From Octopus vulgaris (lineage: Eukaryota), in contig OX597833.1 in NCBI GenBank assembly GCA_951406725.2, forward strand, positions 47,616,001-47,680,000: a stretch of DNA of 64,000 nt, written 5' to 3'. A program made the position numbers and the translations under genes. Positions 1 through 13,490 of the stretch are shown in pieces (within the stretch, counting starts at the first letter, position 1; the number at the start of each line of letters is the position of its first letter). Under the pieces are notes generated by a model that was not told where the DNA came from, did not search any database, and worked only from the letters and a program-made list of their open reading frames with translations.

Positions 1-132
1 ATAAAATATGGACTAGTATTTGTGATTGCACATATCAAAACATTTGGAGCTGCTGATGACCTGTGTGAATGGGTAGAATAAAGAAAAAAATTGACAAACC
101 ACAAACCACTTGACAGAACAACAAAAACATAT

Positions 133-540
<408 letters not shown>

Positions 541-545
541 AAATA

Positions 546-946
546 GGCAGAGGCATGAATGTGTGGTAAGAAGCTTGCCTCCCAACCAATGGTTCCGGGT
601 TCAGTCTCACTGTGTGGCACTTTGGGCAAGTGTCTTCTACTATAGCCCCAGGCCAACCAAAGCCTTGTGAGTGGATTTGGTAGACGGAAACTGAAAGAAG
701 CCTGCCATGTGTGTGTGTGTATGTATGTGTCTGTGTATGTCCCGTCATGACTGCTTCACAACTGGTGCTGGTGTGTTTACATCCCTGTAACTTAGCAGTT
801 CGGCAAAACGGACTGATAGAACAAGTACTAAGCTTTAAAAAGAAAGTCCTGGTGTCAATTTGTCCGACTAAAAAAAAAAAACCCTTCAAGGCAGTGCTCC
901 AGTATGGCCACAGTCAAATGACTGAAATGAGTGAAAAAATAAAAGA
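546..946 (+). mobile_element. tRNA-derived SINE, family A
   Basis: A-box-like TGTGGTAAG, B-box GGTTCAGTCTC, CORE-like CTTTGGGCAAGTG, internal microsatellite, 3' CAGTCAAATGACTGAAA tail; more than 15 related copies in the window. Confidence 0.88.
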
Positions 947-1441
947 ATATACATACATACATACATAAACACACATACACACAAATATGTGGGAGTGTAA
1001 TGAAGGCTGAAGGTGAACAAAACAAAACCCCCACACACACACATACAGACACATGAACCATTACATAAAAAAGTACCATCTGCCCAGTTTCAAATCAAGC
1101 GTACAAGCACAATGGGAACATAGCACAACACGAACAAAAATTCACTTTCACATACAAAGCAAAGGGCAAAAAAGAAGCGGGTATGGATGAAAGTGTAAAG
1201 CAATGTGCGTCGTCCTCAATGAAGTTGTAGACCACGATGAAAGGAGTTCAACAAACCAATTAATCAATTGATTAAATGGCTAATTGTCTAATTAATTGAA
1301 AATAAACTGATGAGAAACACAAGCGGCGTGTATGATTTAATGGGTAGCGTAGTCATCGTAAAATATAATAATATCTGTTTCAACACATGAATTCACATCT
1401 TTTCTCTTTAATTATTTACTTGTTTCACTTATTAGATTGTA

Positions 1442-1603
1442 GGCGTAAGAGTGGCTGTGTGGTAAGTAGCTTGCTTACCATCCACTTGGCTCCGGGTTCA
1501 GTCCCACTGCATGGCACCTTGGGCAAGTGTCTTCTACTATAGCCTTGGGCTGACCAAAGACTTTTGAGTGGATTTAGTAGACCGAAACTGAAAGAAGCCC
1601 ATC

Positions 1604-1643
<40 letters not shown>

Positions 1644-1846
1644 GAGTGTGTGTATATATTTGTGTGTCTGTGTTTGTTCCCTCAACATCGCTTGACAACC
1701 GACGTTCCCATAACTTAGCGGTTCAGCAAAAGAGACCAATAGAATAAGTATTAGGCTTACAAAGAATAAGTCCTGGGGTTGATTTGCTCGACTAAAGGCG
1801 GTGCTCCAGCATGGCTGCAGTCAAATGACTGAAACGAGTAAAGAGA
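1442..1846 (+). mobile_element. SINE family A, full length
   Basis: GGCGTAAGAGTGGCTGTGTGGTAAG head through GACTGAAACGAGTAAAGAG tail; interrupts an older minus-strand copy. Confidence 0.9.
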
Positions 1847-2386
1847 CTGTGGCCATGCTGGGGCACCTATTTGAAGACTTTTAGTCAAATGAAATAACCC
1901 CAGTACTTAGTATATTGTGGTGCTTATTTTATCAGAACCTTTTGTTGAAGCATTAAGTTTGTCCCCTCTGTGTTCAGCCCTGTTTGGCTAATAAAGGAAC
2001 ATATCTGTCTATCTATCTATCTTTCTATCTGTCTGTCTATCTATATACCTACCTAACTATCTATATACCTGCCTGTCTATCTATATACCTACCTACATAT
2101 CTATCTACCTGTCCGTCCGTCCGTTTGTCCGTCCATCCATCCATACATCTATCTGGATGGATGGATGGATCGATGGATCGATTGATAAGATATATAATAT
2201 GTGTATGTGCCACAAAAACACAGTTACGATACCTACTTTACAACCACATTGCTGCACCCACTAGATGAACAAAAAATACATAAAGCTTGGAAAACCGAAA
2301 GTACTTCACAGCTTGGTAAAGGCATATAAGATAAAAACTTAAAGTTAGTGCTAATGTCTCCCTTATAAAAAAATCTGTGCATGCAC

Positions 2387-2420
<34 letters not shown>

Positions 2421-3511
2421 GCCAGCTAAGAGTCCATAAAACAGGAAAAAAGGCACTTGTATATCTGCCAGTAAAGTGGGTATATTAATTAAAGTGTACA
2501 GTATTATATATCCATTACAGTCAATCTTACCACTCAGTTTCACATTAAAGGTTCAACATTCGCCATATTTCATTCCACAACAGCTACCACTGAAGAGCAC
2601 AGGGTTACATAATCGGACTGTTACCTAACACTCTGTTGCAGCCTCTACTGTGAAACCAATTGGTAAGATCAGCCACAATGGATACTGTACACTTTGATTT
2701 ATATATATATATATATATATATATATCAGGGACAATGATGATGATGATGATGATACACATACACACACATAAGACAGGCTTCTTTCAGTTTCCATCTACT
2801 AAATCCATTCACAAAGCTTTAGTCTGCTAAGGGCTACAGTAGAAAACACTTACACAAGGTGCTGTGCAGTGGAACTGAACTTGAAGCCATGTGGTTGGGA
2901 AGCAAGCTTCACAGCCATGCAGCCATGCCTGTGCCTATAAACCTGAACAATTCTACACCCAATTCTTTCTTTTACACCTGTAATACTAAATCTAATTATT
3001 TACTACCCTGACAAACATTTAATAAATCATGCAAACAAAACATTTTTTTTTTTAGAATATACATACACTGAAGATACAAGAACATAACTTCCTATTAATG
3101 TTTATTAGTTTTGCCAACGTTATACATTATAATTTACTAAATTTATCTTTCTATTATAAATCATACTTTGTTTTAACCTTTGTATCAGACACAGAGTGTT
3201 CTTTAGAACAATTTGCAAATTGGCTGCCCTAAGAGCCATTGACCTCTAATATCTCAGACTCTCTCAAGTCACTTACACCGGAGCCACTTTTGTACGTTAG
3301 TCCATCTCAGTACATTTTATAAGCTTTCTTGTCACACTTCTCTTCCTTCCAGCTTTCTCTCTCTCTCTCTTTCTCTTTTTATGTCTCAGCTTCGGTCACT
3401 TCTCTTCCCCCATACACTTCTCTGTTGCTCTATTGCTTTTATCCGATACATTGCTCTCTCTTTAATCATGAACAATCAGATACAATACATGGGTATGTAT
3501 GAGTGTGTTTT

Positions 3512-3683
3512 ATCTTTTACTTGTTTCAGTCAGTAGACTGCAGTCATGGTAGGCACCCCTTAAAATGAATCAGCCCCAGTATTTATTCTTTTGGTCTATT
3601 TTGCCAAACCATCAATTTAAGGGGGTACAAACACACTAACGCCAATTGTCAAGTGGTCATGGGGGACAAACACAGACACAAAG

Positions 3684-3716
<33 letters not shown>

Positions 3717-3900
3717 CACACAACGAGCTTCTTTCAGCTTTCATCTTCCAAATCTACTCACAAGGCTTTGGTCAGCCCAAGATTATAGTACAAGACACTT
3801 GTCCAAGGAGCCACACAGTGGGACTGAACCCTGAACAATGTGGCTGGAGGAAGGAAGCTGCTTACTACACAACCCTGCTTGAGCATACAGCCATACCTGT
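3512..3900 (-). mobile_element. SINE family A, diverged
   Basis: Reverse complement of family A head, core and tail. Confidence 0.8.
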
Positions 3901-4111
3901 ACCTACACACACACACACACATACACATACACATATATCATCATTATCATTTTAATATCCACTTTCCATGCTTGCACGGGTCGGATGGAATGTATCAAGG
4001 CAGATTTTCTACAGCTAAATGATGTCCTTCCTGTGCCTAACACTCACCTATTTTCAAGGAAGGTCCACCATGGACAGATATATTTTCAAAGAAGATTGGG
4101 AATGGAGGACA

Positions 4112-5470
4112 TTACTTTACTTGTACTTGTGACGGCGTTCACCCAGGGCGGGTGGAACTGGTTTCTTCTCTGGTCCTGATGGCATCACGAACCATGGTGG
4201 CCCACACTCGATGGTCCTATGCAGGGTCACTGGAGATAGCGAGCCATTCGTGGTTCCATCTGCGCAGACTGACCACCTACAGACCTGAGAGTTCGGAGAG
4301 GTCCTCCTTTATCGTCGTTGCCCAGGTCTTCAGCTGCCGGCCCATGCGTTTGCACCAGTTGGGAAATGGAAGTGGGAGGAGGACATCGCGAATCAGCTCA
4401 CCCTCTGGATGCTGGGCTGCATGACCAAACCACCTTAAGCGCTGTTGTAGAAGCACCGAAGGGAGGGGCCAGAGGTTCAGGTGATGATGAAGACTGGCTG
4501 TAGGAACCCGATCAATGCATCGGCAGCAAAGAATGCGGCAGAGACAGTCATTGTCGAACACCTCCAGCCTTCGCTGTATAACAGCCATCACATTATGTCA
4601 AGTGATGATTAGTTATGCTGAGCACTTCTCGTTGCATAACTTTTACATCCGAGATTCAGTTGGCTAAGAAACATATGTAACATGCATTTTGCCTGTTCTA
4701 CTCCCTCAATATGGCTATAGGAATTTCAACCGTGTTTCGTGGTCTGCTACCACAACAGCTCTTTTATAGGATCCAGTTAGCTCAAGACATCATCAGGAGG
4801 AACCACGTCTGGTTTCGGCCCCTACTCCTCTACCATTTTGACGAGGTGGGGGCCCCCCCACTTTCGGAGGTGTCTTCAGCTCTGGTGTTGGGTGCATGTC
4901 TTCTTTCTTTTGTTCCCTGGCATCTTCGATGTAGCATCAACGAGTGTCAGCGGGCGACTGATTGTCTTGTCAACTTTCCCTTTAAATACCTGCTGCTAGG
5001 CTCCAGCAGACAGCCCCAGCAAGTTGTCATGTGACACTGTCTCAACTTTAACTGACCAATGGAGGCATATTTAGATAAAGGTAGTTATGGCCAGTCTATA
5101 GGGTTTTCCAGGATTTTGTGTCCATAAAGCGCTTTGCTTTACAACATCTTGTCAGACCCTAATGGCCAGTGGTCTATAACCTCTCTTGAAAATGGAGGGA
5201 GAAAAGACTTTGTGGCTACTTCCTGAACACACAAAGGAGAAGAGTCAATCGCAAGGGATTGTCTCCTTTAGATCGCTATCCAGAATCCACCCCGTCAGCT
5301 TGCAGGTCCCAGGATTTCAGTAGGAATTGCCTGAAATGTAAGCAGGGTTCAAAGACTTCCATCCTGGAATTTATGATATTCCTCAAGTTGAGGGAGTTCT
5401 CTTAAATCCTTGCCTGTTCTGCCGTACACAACTTGCAATGCTTGCTCTCAATGTAGGTCCTCAATTTTAC
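4112..5470 (-). mobile_element. RTE-clade LINE, apparently internally deleted
   Basis: ORF 4277-4591 has the RTE C-terminal signature (LEVFDNDCLCRIL...RLRWFGH...TWATTIKEDL) and a short ACAAGT-type repeat tail at ~4112-4130. The upstream ~870 bp looks like 5' UTR; its left-hand assignment and 5' limit are uncertain. Confidence 0.7.
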
Positions 5471-6622
5471 TAGGATATAAATACATACATATACAGGCTT
5501 CTTTCAGTTTCCATCTGTCAAATACATTCACAAAGACTTGGTCAGCTCAGGGCTACGATATAGAAACACGTGCCTAATGAGCCATGCAGTAGGAAAACTT
5601 AAAGTTGAAACCTTATTGTTAGGAAGCAAACCTCTCAGTTTGCTTGGCTGTAAGATCCCACTTTAAGTAAGTTCCTCATCCAAACCATTCCAGCATGGAA
5701 AAAACAGACATAAAAATGAACATACACGTGCATGTGTGTGTGTGTGTGGTGGAGAGGTCTCTTGGGTTAAAATATCAAAAGGATCATGGCTTTTAAACTG
5801 AAGGTTCATTTAATCTCAGTACAGTTGGAACCATTTGTGCTTCCTGAGTCATTCTGTAAATTTAATATTAATTCATATGTTTAAGCAGGTTACAAAATAT
5901 GTCATAACACTAATTGCCAATCCTGCACATCTGGAAAATTTATTCTGGGTATTCACTATATATATATATATATATATACATAGACACACACACACACACA
6001 CACATGCACGCACGCACACATACATATATGTATGCATAAACTCTCTGACCGACAGAGTTTGTGTATGTGTGTGGTTCAGACTGCACCAAGCTAAATGTCA
6101 TTCAACTGAAATCAAAATTGTTATTCCTCAGTTACCGTATTCACATGCTCCCTTATGACTCGAAGTGTGAGTGTTATTCATTATCCCCAAAATTATTTCA
6201 GAGGTACAGAGAAATATTATGCATTTTCTCTCTAAAATTATTAAAAATAGGTGATGCTTAAATTAATAGAAACTATCATAGATTTTTTTTTTAAATAAAC
6301 ATTTCGGTTGACCTAGATTTACAATTTACAATATAATTTGCATAGTAAAGAACAATAGCTCACTTGACAGAGATATAGGACAGGGACTTCGAGTCACTGC
6401 GGCCACGGCTATTTACCTCATTTAATAAGCACTGAAAATATAATGGACTAAGTTGTCAAAATGGTATTTATAATAGCATGCTCTGTTCTGCAGTGAGAGT
6501 ACTGCATGTGACTACTTGTAGCTACAAGAGCGGTACCATCGATGAGAACCTCGAAGATGTGTATGAGTGTGATTTCTCTGTGTATGTGTGTTTGTATACA
6601 TACATGCATAGGCATAGATATA

Positions 6623-6666
<44 letters not shown>

Positions 6667-6906
6667 CATACAAGCAGACAGATATAGATATGTAAATATA
6701 TGTCATTATATATATATAGATATATAACTACATGTATAAGTGTGTGTGTGTGTTTGAAAATATTTAATTATCAAAATGGGAAAATTATCAGAAAAGCCAT
6801 ATCTATTCATTTATTCAAATATATGATACTGTACCAAGGACTTTCAATTTCTTATTCTACTATATATATGTGTGTGTGAGTGTGTGTGTGTATATATATA
6901 TATATA

Positions 6907-7100
6907 CTTTATTTAAAGCAGCAGAAAATTCAACAAAACCTGTTACTCTGAGTTTCCCGTTGCTGTTCATCGGACAGTTTTTGCTAGAAGAGTAACAGGT
7001 TTTGTTGAATTTTGTTGAATTTTCTGCTGCTTTAAATAAAGCATATTACTCTACCACTGGTATTTGAGTACTCTTTTTTCCACCTTGTTTCACATTTACG
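6907..7100. mobile_element. Penelope-like terminal remnant with fold-back repeat, in a (TA)n tract
   Basis: Inverted repeat 6907-6949 vs 6989-7042; hammerhead motif on the minus strand; (TA)n on both sides. Confidence 0.65.
6940..6977 (-). ncRNA. Minimal type-I hammerhead ribozyme motif (U4>C variant)
   Basis: Minus strand reads CUGU-CCGAUGA-ACAGCAACGG-GAAA-CUC-A-GAG-UA/ACAG: 4-bp stem I, stem III ACUC/GAGU, GUA cleavage triplet, weak stem II. Confidence 0.55.
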
Positions 7101-7101
7101 G

Positions 7102-7199
<98 letters not shown>

Positions 7200-7224
7200 T
7201 AGACAGATAGATAGATAGATAGAT

Positions 7225-7398
7225 TGTTAGCCACTAAACCGTTTTCTATTTTCTCTCCCTATTTATTTTTGTGTTCCTTTCTGTCGCAGAGCATAGGCTC
7301 GAAACGTAAAAGACTTTCTCACTTCCCGAGCATTAAACTAATACATCTGTTTGTTCTGTTTTCTATTTACACACCTGTCTTTGTCTTTTTTTAAATTC

Positions 7399-7402
<4 letters not shown>
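7225..7402 (+). mobile_element. Short Penelope-like insert with degenerate hammerhead (7277-7312)
   Basis: CUUU-CUGUCGCA-GAGC-AUAG-GCUC-GAAA-CGUA/AAAG; lies between (GATA)n and (TA)n; same family as 33229-33390 (minus). Confidence 0.6.
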
Positions 7403-7438
<36 letters not shown>

Positions 7439-8194
7439 TATACACACTCATACATATCATTTTTAAGTATCTGAAGACTAATGAAGAATATACTGACAGA
7501 GACATAGTGTAAATCAATTAAAAGAGAAAGAAAAACTTGTGAAGCATGTATCTAATAGGTTGTTCAGACTTTACTGGAGTCAAAGTAATGTGTCTTACCT
7601 TACAGTGGTTTGTAGGGGCAATTGTAATCTTTTAATATATTACATATTTCTCAAGAAAGAAATCTCACTAAGGCTAAAAAACACTAAAACTAACTCTACA
7701 AAACAAACAAACATTAATACTGAAAGGAATAAGTAGATAAATTGATATCGTAAACACTGATTGCAGATTGAAAAGTATACAATAATTGGATAAGGCACTG
7801 TCTGTCAGAGGTGACAGGATGATAACACAGTGAATCAGGTAAGATTATATAGCTTGTAATAGCTTGTAATTGGATAAGGAGATAGATGTCCATGATAGAA
7901 ACACATCTGACCACATTCAAGAAAAACAAAGATTAAAAACATTTCAACATTAATGATAGCTTTTTTTGTTTCTCCTCTAAAACAAAGGTGTATAATCAAT
8001 TGAATAAATTGCAGACTGTTACTGGTGTTTACCTTGGCTAATGTGGTGTGTCAGCTTGCTAGAAATAGTAACAGAATTTCCCTAATGTCAAACTTTACTG
8101 TTTTAAATAAAGATAAACATGTTGAATAGACAATACACAAAAAAGACAGGATGGTTAATTGATGAAACACACTTTCCTCATGCTTTTTCCTTAA

Positions 8195-8872
8195 CCCTTT
8201 CAATACCAACCAGGCTGAAACCGCCCCTGGGTCTGTAGCACAAATGTCATGTTTATATAAGATTTGAATTTAAATCTTCCACCAAACCTGAGTCACAATT
8301 TATGTTTGTAATACTAGTGTAATGATACTCTCTTTTTCTCTTACTCTTTTACTTGTTTCAGTCATTTGATTGCAGCCATGCTGGAGCACCACCTTTAATC
8401 GAACAACTCGACCCCGGGACTTATTCTTTTGTAAGCCCAGTACTTATTCTATCGGTCTCTTTTGCCGAACTGCTAAGTAACGGGGACATAAACACACTAG
8501 CATCAGTTGTCGAGCAATGCTAGGGGGACAAACACAGACACACAAACACACGCACGCATATATATACATATATGCGACAGGCTTCTTTCAGTTTCCGTCT
8601 ACCAAATCCACTCACAAGGCTTTGGTCGGCCCAAGGCTATAGTAGAAGACACTTGCCCAAGGAGCCACGCAGTGGGACTGAACCCAGAACCATGTGGTTT
8701 GTAAACAAGCTACTTACCACACAGCCACTCCTACACCATGTTTACATAAGTTTTGAATTTAAATCTTCCACCAAACCTTAGTCACAATTTATGTTTGTAA
8801 TACTAGCGTAATGATAATGAACTTATTTTATTAAATTCTTTGTTATATTTAAAATAATTGGTAACAAAAGGG
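8195..8872. mobile_element. piggyBac-type MITE interrupted by a SINE
   Basis: TTAA|CCCTTT at 8191-8200 and AAAGGG|TTAA ending at 8876; an inverted partial copy lies at ~9330-9410. Confidence 0.75.
8328..8736 (-). mobile_element. SINE family A, full length
   Basis: Complete reverse-complement copy flanked by an 80-bp direct duplication. Confidence 0.92.
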
Positions 8873-8985
8873 TTAAGTCTAACTTATTGAAAATCTTTGC
8901 TCTTTATGGAGCATAAGCTGTCAACAACATTTCATCAGTGTTCTTTACTGCTTCTCTCTAGCTGGATCCCTGTTAATTCCTTGTG

Positions 8986-9173
8986 CAAGGGGACGCTGAA
9001 AAGTTCCTGGCTTTAAGGATATTGTGAATTCATTTACAGGGCTTACAAAAATTTAAGGACTGCTGCAATAAGTGTGAGTATCTGAGAGGGAAATATGTTG
9101 AATAAAATCATAATTAACTGATCTTCCTTTATTTTCTTTAACCCAAAGCCAGGAACTTTTCAGCACCCCCTCA
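8986..9173 (+). mobile_element. mariner-derived MITE
   Basis: TIRs CAAGGGGACGCTGAAAAGTTCCTGGCTTT / AAAGCCAGGAACTTTTCAGCACCCCCTCA followed by TA; same family as 19571-19787. Confidence 0.8.
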
Positions 9174-10293
9174 TAGTCTCCCTTTGGATTTTCCTGCACT
9201 GTGTTATATGATTCCCTGATGGAGTGCTTTTTAGGGGCCACATAAAAAGCTTTAGTGTGGGTGCAGGTGCTGGTACCATGTAAAAAGCACCCAGTACACT
9301 TCGTAAAGCGATTCGCATTAGGAAGATTTTAATTCAAAACTTATGAAAACTAGACATTTATACTAAAGAGCCAAAGCCGGTTTCAGCCGGGTTGGTAATG
9401 AAAGGTTTAAATGATGATGATAATGGTGGTGGTGGTGGTGGTGGTGATTATGATAACGAGTTAATATGTTCCTCTCCCAGGTCTAGTTGGTTCTGAATTG
9501 TCATTGTTGCTTCTGTAATTTTGCCATAGCCCAATACAAATTCATTTTTTTACTTCTGGGAAGAGGTGATACATATTAGTCTGGCCTCAATCCTTTGACC
9601 TGTCCAGCATAAGAAGTCCTACCAGGAGCTTGCACTCAACTGACAAAGCTCTCAGGGCCACTGAGGTGCACAAGCCACCACAGTGCAATAACTGGTTCTC
9701 ATTTTACAGTAATTAACCTTGAACAATGTTCCCTCTAATTATTTTTGCTGTGGATCAGCACAGAAATTTGCCAGTTAGCAAATTTTGTCTTTTTTTTGTT
9801 TTTGAAAATTATGTAAGCCTCCACTCTTCAATTAAAATATCTTAATTTCATCCTTTGAGTAAACACAAGGACTGTTTTGTTAGCGACGTGATATAGTAAA
9901 TTAAATATTATCTGTATGGTGCTGCCAGTTATCAAATTCAGAAAATAACTGAAACCCAAAAATATCACTTTCAAACTATAAAATCCAACAAAACCTGTAA
10001 GATGGCTCTCAGTCTATCTGACACAACCTATTTAATGTTGCATATTCAACACTGACGTATTTAATATCAGAAGTTTTAATGCTTTTCTTGTTCTTTCCAG
10101 CACTCTTGCTCTGCTTTACTGCCTGTGTCTGTCTCTCTCTCTTAATGTGTGTGAGCATATCTCTATATGTGTATGAGAAGAAAGAATGTGTTTAACTCTT
10201 TAGCATTTGAACTGACCATATCCAGCCAAAATATTCTGCCTGTATTATGTTCAAACTGGCCAGATCTAGCCTTTCACACTTACCTTACAATAC

Positions 10294-10572
10294 TCATCAT
10301 CATCATCATCGTTTAGCGTCCGCTTTCCATGCTAGCATGGGTTGGACGGTTCAACTGGGGTCTGGGAAGCCAGAAGGCTGCACCAGGCCCAGTCTGATCT
10401 GGCAATGTTTCTACGGCTGGATGCCCTTCCTAATGCCAACCACACCATGAGTGTAGTGGGTGCTTTTTACGTGCCACCAGCACAGAGGCTGGCAACGGTC
10501 ATGACTGGCCTCATGCCGGTGGCACATAAAAAGCACCATCCGATTGTGGCCGTTGCCAGCCTCACCTGGCCT
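10294..10572 (-). mobile_element. SINE-like element (family F) with (GAT)n tail
   Basis: GGCATTAGGAAGGGCATCCAGCCGTAGAAAC motif, internal GGCACRTAAAAAGCACC subrepeats and (CAT)n tail; related copies at 18458 and 25597. Confidence 0.75.
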
Positions 10573-10647
10573 ATTCTAAAAATAAACAATCACATCATTG
10601 AAGTCTCAAAGCTACAAGATAATGCATGACTAAGTCATATCAATGTG

Positions 10648-10688
<41 letters not shown>

Positions 10689-10696
10689 ATATCATA

Positions 10697-10992
10697 TCTC
10701 GCCCTTTTCAAGCCTGGCCAGGCTCATGGGCCCGGTTTCCGTAGCGTATGTGTTCCCTCCAGCTGGACGGGACACCAGTCCATCGAAGCGCTACTGAAGA
10801 AACAGGAAGAGAGAGTGAGAGAAAGTTGTGGCGAAAGAGTACAACATGGGTCACCACCACCCCTTGCTGGAGCCTCATGGAGCTTTTAGGTGTTTTCAAT
10901 TAAACACGCACAACGCCCGGTCTGGGAATCAAAATCACAATCCTCCGACCACAAGTCCGCTGCCCTAACCACTGAGCTATTGCACCTCCACG
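10697..10992 (-). mobile_element. tRNA-derived SINE, family C
   Basis: Minus-strand head GTGGAGGTGCAATAGCTCAGTGGTTAGGGCAGCGGAC; same family as 33985 and 35729. Confidence 0.8.
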
Positions 10993-11587
10993 ATATTATA
11001 TATATCTTCAAAAATGTCCCACGAAGAATCAAAAGTTATGTTAAACCTTTTCTTAAGTATAAACAGCATTAACCAAGGTAACTGACTTCAACCAAGAACT
11101 GAGAGTGAATCCACGATGACCTCATCCCTCTGAGACTTTACCTCATATTCTATAATACTCACTACAGTAACATCCGAAATACAATCAATTATTGATTTTA
11201 CTAATGGCTGGTTTTTGTGAAGTACTTAAAGGAACCAAGCTTAAGATTTGCTAAGAGCAAACTGAACTAGAGAACATTGGATACCCCTACATTATAAACT
11301 GTTATTGTTGCAGTGATGTGGTGACAAGAAAGAAATAACTACAAGTAAATTTAGTGATTCAAGTCCAACATTTTTCAGTCAACATTTGTTATATATTGAA
11401 TATCAATTTCCAGATCTCAATTTCATGTCACCTCGATCGTCTATGGTAAACCTCTTGTGTGTTGTGGGTGCTGCTGTACTCTATCACCAAATTCTGAAGT
11501 CAGTGCCTCATCAGACAGTGGAAGTAGCTCTGTAGGTATTTCAGTCCCTTCCACCACAAAACCAGAGCTGCCCAAGCCTACCTGCTG

Positions 11588-11987
11588 ATTTCTTTACTGC
11601 TCACAAGGGGGACAAACAAGGACAGACAAACGGATTAAGTCAATTATATTGACCCCAGAGCGTAACTGGTACTTATTTAATCAACCTCGAAAGGATTAAA
11701 GGCAAAGTCGACCTCAGTGGAATTTGAACTCAGAATGTAGCGGCAGACGAAATACCTATTTCTTTACTACCCACAAGGGGCTAAACACAGAGAGGACAAA
11801 CAAGGGCAGACAAATGGATTAAGTCGATTATATCGACCCCAGTGCATAACTGGTACTTATTTAATCGACCCCGAAAAGATGAAACGCAAAGTCGACCGCA
11901 GCGGAATTTGAACTCAGAACGTAAAGACAGACGAAATACTGCTAAGCATTTTGCCCCACATGCTAACGATTCTGCCAGTTCGCTGCC
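11588..11987 (-). mobile_element. SINE family B, tandem dimer
   Basis: Head GGCAGCGAACTGGCAGAATCGTTAGCA followed by two GAGTTCAAATTCC...GTCGACTTTG..TTTCATC bodies. Confidence 0.88.
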
Positions 11988-13174
11988 TTCTGATGTAGGT
12001 GACAAAACTCCCACACAATAGTATGAGCTTTGTAGACATGCCCATCACTAAGGGGGTGCACTGGGTGGCACTGCCCCTCGCTATTCAATAGTGCACCCTT
12101 AGATTTACAGTGATACACTTATTTCAAAACTCCACTTTAGCATTATTACAAATTAGAGCCTGCCCAGAATATTCTGCAGCACAACACCCCAAGGCACCAA
12201 AGTCTGGTGATGGGCCTTTTTGGAGAGTCAAATATTGCAACTTTGAGCCAGATGTTTCTATCAACCTCAATGCTTGTTCTTTCTGCAGCATTCATTCACT
12301 TTCTTGAGCCAGATATAGTGGCTTGCTTTCTAAGAAGCTTCAGGCAATTGTTAGTCAATAGGTTTTTCTTCTCTACTTTGCGGCTAACTCCAAGCTCCTA
12401 AATATCAGGTGAACCCTGTTTCTTAGAAATCATCTAACAACACCTATCAGTAGAAGAAAATCAGTCTTGAATGAATCATTACTGATAATTTCAAGTGACA
12501 TTTAGGGAATGAATTAGGTAAGAGCTTGATACTATATTAGTCAGATGGTTAAGAAGAGATAGCGTAAGCTCTGAGATGTTACATTAAATATATACGGGTC
12601 ACATTTATTGCAAATACAGAAAATTCAGATAACTTCCTAAATAATTAGTAGATATATCCGTTTCTTAGAAAACTTGCTACTAGGGGTAGGGTCACTGATA
12701 ACATGGTATTTATAGCATATAATTGGTTGAAGACAAAGTGATTTGCTCCTGAGAATAAACTGTATAATGTGCGTGTCGTTAGTGTGACCCTGCGTGTGAG
12801 ATAGCATGATAAGAGGATCTAGAGCAAAAGAAGGGAAAGAATTGAGTATGACTCATAAGTTATATAAGAATAAGAGAGAGAGTGGGAAGGCTTGAGTGTG
12901 AGTGAGCTGAAAAAGAGACTGGACATTAGAAGTATTGATTTGTATATATGCAAGGACATGGTTCTACTGAAATGAACATGCATTGCATACAGATAATATG
13001 GGTTGATCAAAATGTGTTGCTCGTGTTGAAAGGGAATAGCAATAAGGATGTTTGGGGGAGATTTAGAGGTGTAATAACTGGTCTGATAGAAGGCTGGTAG
13101 AATTTATAAAAAAAAAATTTTTTTAAAGGAAAATGGCATAAAAGAACTGATTGAAGATACAGTGGTTTTTCCCA

Positions 13175-13490
13175 ATTTTAGCACAAGGCCAGCAATTTCA
13201 GGGAATGGGCTAAGTTGATTTCATTGACCCCAGAGTTCATCTGGTACTTATTTTATCAACTCCAAAAGGATGAAAGGCAAAGTTAACCCCAGCGGAATTT
13301 GAACTTAGGCTGTGAAGACAGACAAAATGCCACTAAACAGTTTGTCCGGCGTGCTAAGGATTCTGCAAGCTCACTACCCTTAAAGGCAAAGTCGACCTTG
13401 GTGGAATTTGAACTCAGAATGTAAAGACGGATAAAATGCCGCTAAGCATTTTGCCTGGCATGCTCACCGATTCTGCCAGTTCATTGCCTT
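13175..13490 (-). mobile_element. SINE family B, two adjacent partial copies
   Basis: GGCAAAGTYRACC..GGAATTTGAACT motif occurs twice. Confidence 0.75.

Noticed and set aside
50-90. CTGATGA hammerhead-like start
   Set aside because: No downstream GAAA or stem III and no stem I pairing.
7599-7675. Minus-strand exon candidate with AAG|GTAAGA donor
   Set aside because: Stops in all frames from the plausible acceptor.
8507-8781. Recurrent peptides such as [30 protein letters not shown]
   Set aside because: Translations of SINE family A, not a gene family.
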